A stretch of 64,000 nt of DNA. It comes from a virus (taxonomy: Duplodnaviria > Caudoviricetes). The notes below the pieces were generated by a model, which worked only from the letters and a program-made list of their open reading frames with translations, made no database searches and was not told the DNA's origin. This document shows, piece by piece, positions 45,662 through 53,965 of the stretch. The DNA lies in IMG/VR virus record IMGVR_UViG_3300035676_000001, one strand, 5' to 3'. Every line of letters starts with the position of its first letter. Position 1 is the first letter of the stretch. Made by a program: the position numbers and the translations under genes.

Positions 45662-46585
45662 TTATTCCTCAGCCAAACGGGCAAAGTAGGACAGAGTATC
45701 ATCATCCTCATCTTCATCAACCGCAGCAGCACGACGGGTGGGTTGAAGACTGTTGAGTTCGGAGCGAAGATCCTCAGTCAGTTCCTTCGCAGGACCACGA
45801 GAATACTCTTCCTCTTCGGCAACTTCCTCATCCACACGACGGGAACCTTTGGTGCCGAGAACATAGTCAAGACGCTTCTTCAGTTCATCATAGGACTTGA
45901 ACTGGTCGGCAGCAACGAGTTCGGCAAGAGAGTATTGCTTCTTCCAGATTGCTTCCATCTCATCGTCATCGTCCAACAAAGAACCTTGTGCTGCAAACTC
46001 ACTGGAGTCGTAGTTACGATAACCAGCAACATTCTTTGCCTTCAGTTTGAAGTTAGCACCTTGCCAGAAGTCAAACGGATCGATTGCTTGCTCATCCTCA
46101 AACTCAGGTTGCATAGCAGCAGTCAGTTTATCAAAGATTTTCTTACCATACTTGTACAGGAAGACCTTACCTTCGTTAGCAGGGTTAGCAGGGTCCTTGA
46201 CCACATAGATGTTGCTCACATAAGTCAGCTTACGCTTCTGCTTACGAGCAAGTTCTTTACCAGCATCAGTACCATTGTTCCACAGTTCGGAGTTCAGTTC
46301 CGATACAGGGTCCTTCTGATTCATAGTGGTCAGAGAGTTCTCAATGTACCAACCACCAGGACCCTGGAAGGCGTGACTATACAGTTTCACGAAGGGCAGG
46401 TCTTCACCTTCGGGAGCGGGGAGGAAACGAATGACGGCATAACCATTACCGCTTTTATCTACATCCAGTTTCCACAGACGGTCATCACTAGAACCGCTGT
46501 TATTATTCATTTTTTCAACTTCCTTGACCAGTTTAGCAGTCAGGGAGCCCAGTTTGGACTGTTTCTTAAGGTCGGCAAAGCCCAT
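45662..46585 (-). CDS. gp32: Single-stranded DNA-binding protein gp32
   Basis: GNGYAVIRFLP, GWYIENSLTT, G.NFKLK, acidic tail. Confidence 0.97.
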   Translation of the reverse strand: MGFADLKKQSKLGSLTAKLVKEVEKMNNNSGSSDDRLWKLDVDKSGNGYAVIRFLPAPEGEDLPFVKLYSHAFQGPGGWYIENSLTTMNQKDPVSELNSELWNNGTDAGKELARKQKRKLTYVSNIYVVKDPANPANEGKVFLYKYGKKIFDKLTAAMQPEFEDEQAIDPFDFWQGANFKLKAKNVAGYRNYDSSEFAAQGSLLDDDDEMEAIWKKQYSLAELVAADQFKSYDELKKRLDYVLGTKGSRRVDEEVAEEEEYSRGPAKELTEDLRSELNSLQPTRRAAAVDEDEDDDTLSYFARLAEE

Positions 46586-46646
46586 TTAGATACCTCGGAT
46601 AGTTTTGGATTTGGGGGATTACTTGGATAGTATAGCAAGGACGGTC

Positions 46647-46979
46647 TCACTTGTCAATGAATTGCTTGAGAGACTCAATCGTTTTGGTCATACTATTGAA
46701 AAGTAAAGTCATATCAGTATCTGGTGGAAATCCCATCAGAGCGACTGATTTTCGTAGATTCTCTTTCATCTCAACCGCTTCTGGGTCATCAGAAAGAGAA
46801 AGACGAGTGTACATAATCTGCTGCTTTTCGAGCAGCAAAGTCATTTTCTCAATGTGTTCAATTTTATCTTCGCGGGACATAGAACCAAAAGTCAAGATAC
46901 TTCCATAAAGAAACTCTTGAAGTTCATTGATTTCACGAAGTTCTTGCTGTATCAGTTCAGAGTCGAAAAATCTACTCAT
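46647..46979 (-). CDS. Conserved cyanophage protein
   Basis: FFDSELIQQEL..I.ELQ...MYTRLSLSDDPEA. Confidence 0.8.
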   Translation of the reverse strand: MSRFFDSELIQQELREINELQEFLYGSILTFGSMSREDKIEHIEKMTLLLEKQQIMYTRLSLSDDPEAVEMKENLRKSVALMGFPPDTDMTLLFNSMTKTIESLKQFIDK

Positions 46980-47562
46980 TTATAATTTCCCGTAAAAGTT
47001 TTTTGTAATGGAACACATCGATATTTAGAAACGGTTTGTATTTCTTTATTTTTAAACTTACGGTTTCCCACACTGGGTCCAGAAGTTTCTTATCAAATAC
47101 ATTACCGAACAGGAAGATTATATCATAAATGACCAGTGTTTCTAGACTAATCTTCCCACTCAGGAACTTTTTTAGAACTGGTGGATGACCTTTGGAACAG
47201 TTCAAGGCATCCTCTAATTTTGTTTGTGAGAACAATTCTTCTGACTGTTCTTTGAACAAGTAACTCAAACTCTGCTGTCTTTTCATCCATTCGGCGTATG
47301 TCCTTTCGCCAGAATTGATGATTTCTCCAATCCATATATTCTGTGGGTTGTCGGCAGCAAGAAAGTTTGCAAGTATAAAGTCTACTATTTCTTTATCAGA
47401 ATATTTGCGACTGGTCTTTTCGAACCAGTATTTATCCTTACGCTTATTAAAAGAAGTCACAGTTGCTCTGGACTTACCACCGTATTTGAAGAAATCGTAT
47501 TTTGGATTTGTGAAGTGACTTTTGAGTGAGAGATATGTTTGATATGTCTCAAAAGGACTCAT
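46972..47562 (-). CDS. gp59: Helicase loader gp59
   Basis: YL.LK.HF...YDFFKYGGK, F.KRKDKY.F. Confidence 0.9.
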   Translation of the reverse strand: MSPFETYQTYLSLKSHFTNPKYDFFKYGGKSRATVTSFNKRKDKYWFEKTSRKYSDKEIVDFILANFLAADNPQNIWIGEIINSGERTYAEWMKRQQSLSYLFKEQSEELFSQTKLEDALNCSKGHPPVLKKFLSGKISLETLVIYDIIFLFGNVFDKKLLDPVWETVSLKIKKYKPFLNIDVFHYKKLLREIINE

Positions 47563-47819
47563 AGAGGCAAACGAGCTCGGGAAGTTTTCTTCATAAAGTT
47601 AAGACGAGTTGCGTCCCACTTCAGTCTTTCTTTCAGAGGTTTTGAAATGAGTTTCGTAACTGATTCTACCTCAAGACTATTAATCTCACAATAGTGAACA
47701 ATCGCATCGATGTAGTTGATATTTTCTTCCGCTACAATTTTCTCAATCTCAAGAGCAAACTTGGACGGTGTTAGAAACTTATTTTCGATTGCCTGTTCTA
47801 GTTCTTTATTTGGTTCCAT
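47559..47819 (-). CDS. gp33: Late-promoter transcription coactivator gp33
   Basis: FALEIEKIV...YIDAIVHYC...LKE.LK.DA..LNFMK. Confidence 0.9.
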   Translation of the reverse strand: MEPNKELEQAIENKFLTPSKFALEIEKIVAEENINYIDAIVHYCEINSLEVESVTKLISKPLKERLKWDATRLNFMKKTSRARLPL

Positions 47820-48486
47820 AGAGCTCCAGTTTATCTCTAACAAACTTTCTAATGTATTCGGAGAGGAGTTTGATGTACTTCCCTTTGTTGTATTCTTCAT
47901 AGACGACGCATTCTCCATTTTCACAAGCCATTAAAATTACAAGTTTTTTCACAGGAATATCTGTGAGTTCATAGAACATACAAGCGTATGCTGCTGCCTG
48001 AACAAAATAGTGTTCAATCCACTCTCGTGGTTTTGGTTTTTTAGAAGTTTTGAAATCAATTATCGCTAATTCGCCGTTGTATTCAGCAATACAATCAACG
48101 GTTCCCGCAATACCTAATTGCTTACTATATAGGGAACCTTCAAGGGCGTAAATATTATTTATACGATTAAGTTCTGGTTTCGCAATCTTAAACAGAAAAT
48201 CCGATAGAGGTTGAACTTTGGGGAGTTCTTGATTTTTAAGATGATGTTCAGTCATAAGGTGCATATCAGTTCCACGACTGGTTGCCGCTTTTGTGATACG
48301 CTCTGCTTCTTCATCACCAACTTTCTTGCGCCATTTAACAAAGATTTCCTTATTAAAATGACTGGTCACCGATGTAATGGAGACCAGTCGGAGAAGTTCT
48401 TCTTCATCTGGAACTTTATAATATCGAACACCATCTATAGTCTCCCGTTCAAGTTCAGGGAGAGTCACATCAATATGATTGAACAT
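47806..48486 (-). CDS. PD-(D/E)XK exonuclease
   Basis: RGT.MH, AGTVDC, IIDFKTS, YFVQAAAY. Confidence 0.9.
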   Translation of the reverse strand: MFNHIDVTLPELERETIDGVRYYKVPDEEELLRLVSITSVTSHFNKEIFVKWRKKVGDEEAERITKAATSRGTDMHLMTEHHLKNQELPKVQPLSDFLFKIAKPELNRINNIYALEGSLYSKQLGIAGTVDCIAEYNGELAIIDFKTSKKPKPREWIEHYFVQAAAYACMFYELTDIPVKKLVILMACENGECVVYEEYNKGKYIKLLSEYIRKFVRDKLELYGTK

Positions 48487-49238
48487 TAAAATCCTGCTTC
48501 TAATTTAGCAATAATGTATTCCTTGACTAGTCCAGAACGAACAATATCATCTACACCAAATTCAATTATATCAAAAGAAGGCATTTTACGCAAGATGCTC
48601 ATAAAATCCACGATTCCATTACGCTCATTCGTTTTCTGCAAATCTGATTGAGAAGCATCACCACAGAACATAATCTTGGAATTTTCACCAACACGAGTAA
48701 TAATAGAATCGAGTTCGTGTGCCGTACAGTTTTGAAACTCATCTACGATGACGATCGAATTATCAAGCGTAGTTCCACGAAGGAATGAAGTACTCCAGAA
48801 CTTAATCGTTTCTTGTGACTTGAGATTTCCGTAGAGCATCTCAAATTCAGAATCACTAGGCATCTGGAACATATACTTTACCATATTCTTATAAGGAATC
48901 TGATAAATATCAGACTTGTCCTCATAAGAACCTGGAAGGAAACCAATTTCTCTAGTTGCTACGAGAGAACGAACAAGATAGATTTTCTCAAAAGGAGTTC
49001 TTTCGTCTAAGACTTCACGAAGAGCATTATAAAGAGTGATAAAAGTTTTACCAGTTCCAGCGCAACCATAAGCAACAAGATGCTTTTGATTTGCATAGGA
49101 TTCAAAAAGTCTCTTCTGATTATCTGTTAGAGGTTCAATATCAACCAGATAATCAGAACTTAATGGTTTTCTACGCTTCATTTGACGAGTAGTAAGACCA
49201 ACCCCGATAGGTTGCTCTGCTCTTTTTCTTCTAGCCAT
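48486..49238 (-). CDS. phoH: PhoH-like ATPase
   Basis: GCAGTGKTF, FLRGTT, IVDEFQN, FCGDASQSDL. Confidence 0.95.
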   Translation of the reverse strand: MARRKRAEQPIGVGLTTRQMKRRKPLSSDYLVDIEPLTDNQKRLFESYANQKHLVAYGCAGTGKTFITLYNALREVLDERTPFEKIYLVRSLVATREIGFLPGSYEDKSDIYQIPYKNMVKYMFQMPSDSEFEMLYGNLKSQETIKFWSTSFLRGTTLDNSIVIVDEFQNCTAHELDSIITRVGENSKIMFCGDASQSDLQKTNERNGIVDFMSILRKMPSFDIIEFGVDDIVRSGLVKEYIIAKLEAGF

Positions 49239-49480
49239 TAGAGTTTCTTTACAGTTGAACCGGGCATTGTTTGGGCTTTTCCGAGCACATCATTCCAACC
49301 AGGATGCTTAGACACAAGCTTATTACGCCAGTCTCCGACCTCACCTGGAGTTGCACATCCTTCGGACCAATCCCTTGTCCATTCGGGATTGTCCTTGTAC
49401 CACTGCATAATATCGTGAACGCTCATTTCAACGACTTTCTTCTCACCTGTTTCTTTATGAATAATTGGATAAATCGCCAT
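49238..49480 (-). CDS. Conserved cyanophage small protein
   Basis: MAIYPIIHKETGE...PGWNDVL. Confidence 0.8.
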   Translation of the reverse strand: MAIYPIIHKETGEKKVVEMSVHDIMQWYKDNPEWTRDWSEGCATPGEVGDWRNKLVSKHPGWNDVLGKAQTMPGSTVKKL

Positions 49481-49505
49481 AAGTTATAATTTCAAGATAA
49501 TTTAT

Positions 49506-50141
49506 TTAGACCCACTCAAGGGCTTCGGAAACTGCTGGGAATTGTTCGGTAAATACCTGCTTGCAGGCATTTGCAATATCCATATGCTCTTTTTGAGTTC
49601 CGTGAGCAGAACGGAGATTGATGTAATGAATCCAACTACGGCAAGAACCCGTCATATAGATGCGCGTAGGAGTCGCCAGAGGCAGCACAAACCTTGCACT
49701 CTCCTTAGCGACACCGTGAGAGAGAAGTTCCTTGTAGAGGCGCATAGAGTGTGCAAAATGATCTTGAATCTTACTTTGAAGACCCAGTTTCTCATACTCA
49801 GGAATATCATCAATCGAGTTCTGACGATTCTTAGTATCTTGACGACGCAACTCTGGAACAGGAATATATTCAGAAATCAGCGAACTGTCGGCATAACGCT
49901 GAGAGAACTCTTGGAATGTGAAGGACCTGTGCCTCAGAATCTGAGCTGCGATTCCACGATTGGTCTCAATTTCAAGCGTCATAGTAGACTGTTCAAACAC
50001 AGACCAATGATTATGCTTAATACAATAAGCAAGCAACTTGGAATAGTTCTCGTTATCCTGATTAGCAGGATTAGAGACTCGTGCAATGAACGCCATTGTC
50101 TTTTCTGCATCTGGTGTTACGCTAATGAGTTTTACAGTCAT
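49506..50141 (-). CDS. thyX: Flavin-dependent thymidylate synthase
   Basis: HWSVFEQ, QILRHRSFTFQEFSQRY, ARFVLPLA. Confidence 0.97.
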   Translation of the reverse strand: MTVKLISVTPDAEKTMAFIARVSNPANQDNENYSKLLAYCIKHNHWSVFEQSTMTLEIETNRGIAAQILRHRSFTFQEFSQRYADSSLISEYIPVPELRRQDTKNRQNSIDDIPEYEKLGLQSKIQDHFAHSMRLYKELLSHGVAKESARFVLPLATPTRIYMTGSCRSWIHYINLRSAHGTQKEHMDIANACKQVFTEQFPAVSEALEWV

Positions 50142-50305
50142 TTCTTTCCGAATCCTTTTGAGGTTTTTGCTTCAATTTGTGCGAGTTCTTCTTTCAGGGA
50201 ACGCAGTTGTGCTTTCATCTCTCTGATTTTTTCATCAGTATAAAGATTTTCTTGCTTCACCAACCGTTCAAGAAGTTTAATCAGTTTTCTTGCTCTATTA
50301 GTCAT
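50138..50305 (-). CDS. 55-aa coiled-coil protein
   Basis: Manual translation MTNRARKLIKLLERLVKQE...SKGFGKK. Confidence 0.65.
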   Translation of the reverse strand: MTNRARKLIKLLERLVKQENLYTDEKIREMKAQLRSLKEELAQIEAKTSKGFGKK

Positions 50306-50471
50306 CTAGGTCACTGTCTTCAAATATTTCGTCGTAATCCAAAATTGGTTGTTTTCTGACTTCTGGTTCCGTGTAGGAATAGGCAGATACATCAGAATAA
50401 ACTTCTGCTTTGAGAGAATCCACCAACAATTCTAGATTACGGATGATGAGTTTTAGTTTGTCTCTGTCCAT
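50298..50471 (-). CDS. 57-aa conserved protein
   Basis: Manual translation MDRDKLKLIIRNLELLVDSLKAEVYSD. Confidence 0.7.
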   Translation of the reverse strand: MDRDKLKLIIRNLELLVDSLKAEVYSDVSAYSYTEPEVRKQPILDYDEIFEDSDLDD

Positions 50472-50502
50472 CTGTTATAGTTCTCTTCCGATATTTTACC
50501 AC

Positions 50503-50529
50503 AAAAAAAGGAGGGTATCAACCCTCCTT
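50503..50529 (-). terminator. Rho-independent terminator
   Basis: GGAGGG-TTGATA-CCCTCC then T7. Confidence 0.8.
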
Positions 50530-50533
50530 AATC

Positions 50534-50635
50534 TTAGGCAACTTGTGGTTGCTTCGCCATATTAATTTGAGCAATTTTGAGAAGTTTCTCTTTTCTTGCC
50601 TTTTCTTTCAAATATTGAACGAAGTATGTTTTCAT
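50534..50635 (-). CDS. 33-aa basic peptide under riboswitch control
   Basis: MKTYFVQYLKEKARKEKLLKIAQINMAKQPQVA; AAGGAG RBS at 50643-50648. Confidence 0.7.
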   Translation of the reverse strand: MKTYFVQYLKEKARKEKLLKIAQINMAKQPQVA

Positions 50636-50662
50636 AGGTCTGCTCCTTTACTTGGGTAAAGT

Positions 50663-50707
50663 GCGTTCCTTCCCGTGATGGTACTTCCGTCGCATAGCGA
50701 TGAACGT
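50663..50707 (-). promoter_or_regulatory. Glutamine riboswitch (glnA / class I motif)
   Basis: CGTTCA-[TCGC TAT GCGA]-CGGAAGTA-[CC ATCAC GG]-GAAGGAACGC matches the glnA three-way-junction pattern. Confidence 0.85.
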
Positions 50708-50788
50708 GAATTTATTTATTATAACATATTTTAAAAAAACCTTCGCGTGAGAAAATTTTGCCGGAAAAATTTCCCCCGATATTTGAAA

Positions 50789-51160
50789 TCACTTACGCTT
50801 TTTGGTTTTGGGTGCTTGATAACCCCAGAGTCTAGGATTCACCCGACCATCTGCCCATTCAATTTTCTTGAGAGCATCACCGAACTTATCCCAGTACATA
50901 TCAAAGATATTAGCCATCTTATTGGACCGAGTAATATCATAAGACATTTTTCCACCACGAACATACGAAACCAAGTGAGCATCACTAGGCAGTTGTGGAT
51001 TCTTGGCGTCTACCTTATTGCAATTCTCTTGAATTACTTCACATCCATAACGAGACCTAGAAAGTTCTTTTTCGTGTGTTGTCCAAACTTCATTTGTCTC
51101 ATTAGTGGATGCCTCTTCTTTTCCTGTCGGCATCTTCTTTCGTGTAATATTCTTTTCCAT
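50789..51160 (-). CDS. Conserved cyanophage protein
   Basis: LPSDAHLVSY...FDMYWDKF...G.VNPRLWG. Confidence 0.8.
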   Translation of the reverse strand: MEKNITRKKMPTGKEEASTNETNEVWTTHEKELSRSRYGCEVIQENCNKVDAKNPQLPSDAHLVSYVRGGKMSYDITRSNKMANIFDMYWDKFGDALKKIEWADGRVNPRLWGYQAPKTKKRK

Positions 51161-51185
51161 TATAATAACTCCAATATATTATGTA

Positions 51186-51791
51186 TCAGGAACGACCTCC
51201 CCAATGAATATCTGGGTAAGCTTCTGAAACAATTTCTTTTGTGACTTTATATTTTGTTTGAAGTTGCTTATCTTTTACCAGACAAATAATCTCTGCTTCA
51301 AGAGGATGCAAACCTTCAAGAATAGTAATGAACATTGATTCTCTACGAATGTTGTTCAGACCATCATTACCACCTTTAATAAAGTGATAGAAGTTCTTGA
51401 ACTCTTTACGAATCGTCGTGCGTTGTTGAGTATCATTAATTCCCAACGAGAACGAACCCGTTTCGTGCATTCTACGAATGTCTTCAGTAATCTTCGTGCT
51501 CAGAGACCCACTATAAGAAGTCTGTTCTGAATATCCAGAATAAGGAACAGCCCCTTCTGGAACCATTGAAATAATACTCTCATCAAAGTTCCAAATAAAG
51601 ATTGCTTTGAGAGAAGGATGCTCATACTTCTTTAAAATCTCTACCTTTTTAGCACTTGAACGCTGTCTGGATACGAGGTCCAGAACTTCAAATGCAAAAG
51701 GATTTTTTGGTAAATCTGGAATAACTGCAGGTTCTTTTGCTGCTACAGTTTTCGCTTTACTCGTCGTCTTCTTCTGTGTCGTCGTACTCAT
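51186..51791 (-). CDS. Conserved T4-like phage protein
   Basis: FIWNFDESI.S..PEG.VPY; RRE.MFI..LEGLHP.EA. Confidence 0.8.
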   Translation of the reverse strand: MSTTTQKKTTSKAKTVAAKEPAVIPDLPKNPFAFEVLDLVSRQRSSAKKVEILKKYEHPSLKAIFIWNFDESIISMVPEGAVPYSGYSEQTSYSGSLSTKITEDIRRMHETGSFSLGINDTQQRTTIRKEFKNFYHFIKGGNDGLNNIRRESMFITILEGLHPLEAEIICLVKDKQLQTKYKVTKEIVSEAYPDIHWGGRS

Positions 51792-51993
51792 AATCGTAAT
51801 CGCTATTTTCAAATCGGAATGCAATCACTTCGTCAGGAATGAGATTGCCTTGGTTATCGAACATTTCTGGGTGTGGTCTAGGGATTTCCCTATAATTCAT
51901 CATATATTCTCTTGCTACCCAACCACCTATAAGTCCCACTATAAGAAACAATACTGTTAGAAAGGAACCGAATACTAGACTAATTGCTAACAT
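51757..51993 (-). CDS. Small membrane protein
   Basis: TM helix then HPEMFD..GN..PDE. Confidence 0.75.
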   Translation of the reverse strand: MLAISLVFGSFLTVLFLIVGLIGGWVAREYMMNYREIPRPHPEMFDNQGNLIPDEVIAFRFENSDYDYEYDDTEEDDE

Positions 51994-52231
51994 TTCTTTT
52001 TCTCCGGGAAACTACTTTTCTTTTCCTCGACTTAAAGGAAAACTCAAAATAGATGGTTACCTCCCGATTTAGAAAGCAAACCATCTTCTCAAAGATGATA
52101 TGGAAGGGCTGGGTCTGCTTTCTTTTTCCTCCATTAAGTATCAATTCAATACCACGATTAAAGTGGTCTTCCTTTTTATTTAGGTTCTTATCAGACAATT
52201 TGCTTCTCTTTGAGGAATTTGATGGTCTCAA
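51980..52231 (-). CDS. Conserved cyanophage small protein (start uncertain)
   Basis: NRGIELILNGG. Confidence 0.6.
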   Translation of the reverse strand: MRPSNSSKRSKLSDKNLNKKEDHFNRGIELILNGGKRKQTQPFHIIFEKMVCFLNREVTIYFEFSFKSRKRKVVSRRKRNVSN

Positions 52232-52427
52232 CGGAACCTCCTAACTTCTGGTCGTCACATACTACTTGGGGGAAAGTAGAACCTTTACCAAATTCAGAAT
52301 AGAACTCGTCGCGGGTAAAGTCTTCACCCAAAGTATACACCACAAAGTTACTATTTGTCAATTCAAGAACCTGTTTGACTTTATAGCAATAAGGGCAATC
52401 TTCTTTCGAATAGACAGTAAAATTCAT
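52191..52427 (-). CDS. grx: Glutaredoxin
   Basis: CPYC, TFPQV, GG. Confidence 0.92.
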   Translation of the reverse strand: MNFTVYSKEDCPYCYKVKQVLELTNSNFVVYTLGEDFTRDEFYSEFGKGSTFPQVVCDDQKLGGSVETIKFLKEKQIV

Positions 52428-52460
52428 TGTTTCTTATAATTTTATAATAATTTATAATAG

Positions 52461-52560
52461 AAAAAAGGAGGGTATAAAACCCTCCTCAGTAACCACCAAC
52501 TCACCTCTCCCACCACAGAGAGGGTCTTCATTCCCAAAGTTACAAGGAATAATTGAAGAC
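52461..52560 (-). ncRNA. Candidate ~100-nt small RNA
   Basis: Consensus promoter 52567-52595, two hairpins, terminator 52461-52485. Confidence 0.6.
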
Positions 52561-52566
52561 TTGAAT

Positions 52567-52627
52567 ATTATAAGGTATTTTGAATCAGATGTCAAGGGTT
52601 GACAAGGTATGACTTTATAAGTAGACT
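52567..52627. promoter_or_regulatory. Back-to-back sigma70 promoters
   Basis: Minus: TTGACA-17-TATAAT; plus: TTGACA(52599)-17-TAGACT; -35 boxes form TGTCAA-GGG-TTGACA. Confidence 0.75.
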
Positions 52628-52664
52628 CGGTTTGTTGCCGTTGAAGACAAGTTATAAGTCTTTA

Positions 52665-53693
52665 TTATCCTATTAAATAACCCCAGAATGTTGAATGCCC
52701 CGTATAAAAAGAAATACTACTTGGATTACCTGTTCTCGGTTTTATTCCAACAGTATCATTTGCAGATAATTCTAAAATAACGCTACCATTTAACATAATA
52801 TTTGCTGGAGTAGTAGATGAGTTTGTATTCATAAAAATATTAATAGCAGCATCACTACCATAATCCAATTGAGTTCCGTTTTTCCACCAAGTTAATGAAC
52901 TAATGACTGAATTTGGATTCAAATATAACTGAACATAAAATTGATATAATCCTGCTACTGGTGCAGTATAGAGATAAGTTGAGGTATTATATCCAGAATT
53001 TCTATTGCTATTGGCAAATGTTGTATTTAGTGTGTTAAATGGAAAATAACTACCAACGGCAACCGTTATAGTGCCTTGATTACCACTAGCAAGAAATGCT
53101 GGTTGATAAGGCATTTTTACCCTACCACTTGAATCTATAACAAGACGTTCTCTCCATGTAGAATCAGTTCCAAGTTGAGTTATTGAATAGTAGTTACCCG
53201 CATTTGCAAGTCCTGGACTTGATGTTCCTGCTGTCCATTCTGCAGTAGTATTTGAATTGGTATAACGAATGGTATTACTATTACTTGTTAATTGGTGCCC
53301 TATAGTACCTCCTGATCCGGAAGTGTGAAGTAAATAACTTGGATTTGCGGTTCCTATACCTAACCGACCACTACTATCAAACCTAGCCGATTCAGCACCA
53401 CCTTCACCAAACGCTATGGTATCAGCACTGGGAAAAAATATACCAGTGTTTGAGTCTCCACTTGGACTTATTGATGGTGAAGAAGTGGTTCCTGCAGAGA
53501 CTACAATGCCACTAGAAAACGTAGAAACTCCAGAAGAACTTAAAGTATTATTACCAATCTTAATCGTTCCTGACTGAACATCCAAAGCACTCGTTGGTAC
53601 TGACGTTCCGATACCGACTCTACCAGTGGAGTCCTGATAGACTCCGCCAGTACCAGATTGATGTAACCAACGATTGACTCTTATATCGGACAT
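52665..53693 (-). CDS. Fibre/receptor-binding protein with C1q-like tip
   Basis: GRVGIGT repeats; PYQPAF...YTAPVAGLYQF...LELSANDTV. Confidence 0.75.
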   Translation of the reverse strand: MSDIRVNRWLHQSGTGGVYQDSTGRVGIGTSVPTSALDVQSGTIKIGNNTLSSSGVSTFSSGIVVSAGTTSSPSISPSGDSNTGIFFPSADTIAFGEGGAESARFDSSGRLGIGTANPSYLLHTSGSGGTIGHQLTSNSNTIRYTNSNTTAEWTAGTSSPGLANAGNYYSITQLGTDSTWRERLVIDSSGRVKMPYQPAFLASGNQGTITVAVGSYFPFNTLNTTFANSNRNSGYNTSTYLYTAPVAGLYQFYVQLYLNPNSVISSLTWWKNGTQLDYGSDAAINIFMNTNSSTTPANIMLNGSVILELSANDTVGIKPRTGNPSSISFYTGHSTFWGYLIG

Positions 53694-53713
53694 TTATATG
53701 AGTTTTTAGATAT

Positions 53714-53965
53714 TTATAGACCCAACAGTTCTTTGAGTTCTTCTATTGAGAGTCCTGCTGCTTCTAACTTTTGTTGTGGTGTTAGAGGTTCTGGTTCGGG
53801 TTCTGGGTCTAGTGGAAGAGGTTCGTTACCTTCTTCTAACCATTTTAGATATTGTTGATAATCAGTATTCGCTGAGTCTGGTGGGATACAAGTAACGCTA
53901 CCATCAAGATGTTTAAGCATTATAAAATCTTCACCCAAAGATGATTTGTAAAAATAGTAAGTCAT
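53714..53965 (-). CDS. Fibre assembly chaperone-like protein
   Basis: IPPDSANTDYQQYLKWLEEGN.P. Confidence 0.75.
   Translation of the reverse strand: MTYYFYKSSLGEDFIMLKHLDGSVTCIPPDSANTDYQQYLKWLEEGNEPLPLDPEPEPEPLTPQQKLEAAGLSIEELKELLGL

Noticed and set aside
45743-46630. 295-aa plus-strand ORF
   Set aside because: Antisense shadow of gp32
45662-50141. Group I introns or inteins in gp32, phoH or thyX
   Set aside because: All three reading frames are uninterrupted and of normal length
49542-50243. 233-aa plus-strand ORF
   Set aside because: Antisense shadow of thyX
52441-52530. 29-aa ORF (MKTLSVVGEVSWW...) inside the candidate sRNA
   Set aside because: The start codon is buried in a stem, there is no properly spaced RBS, and the frame runs through the terminator
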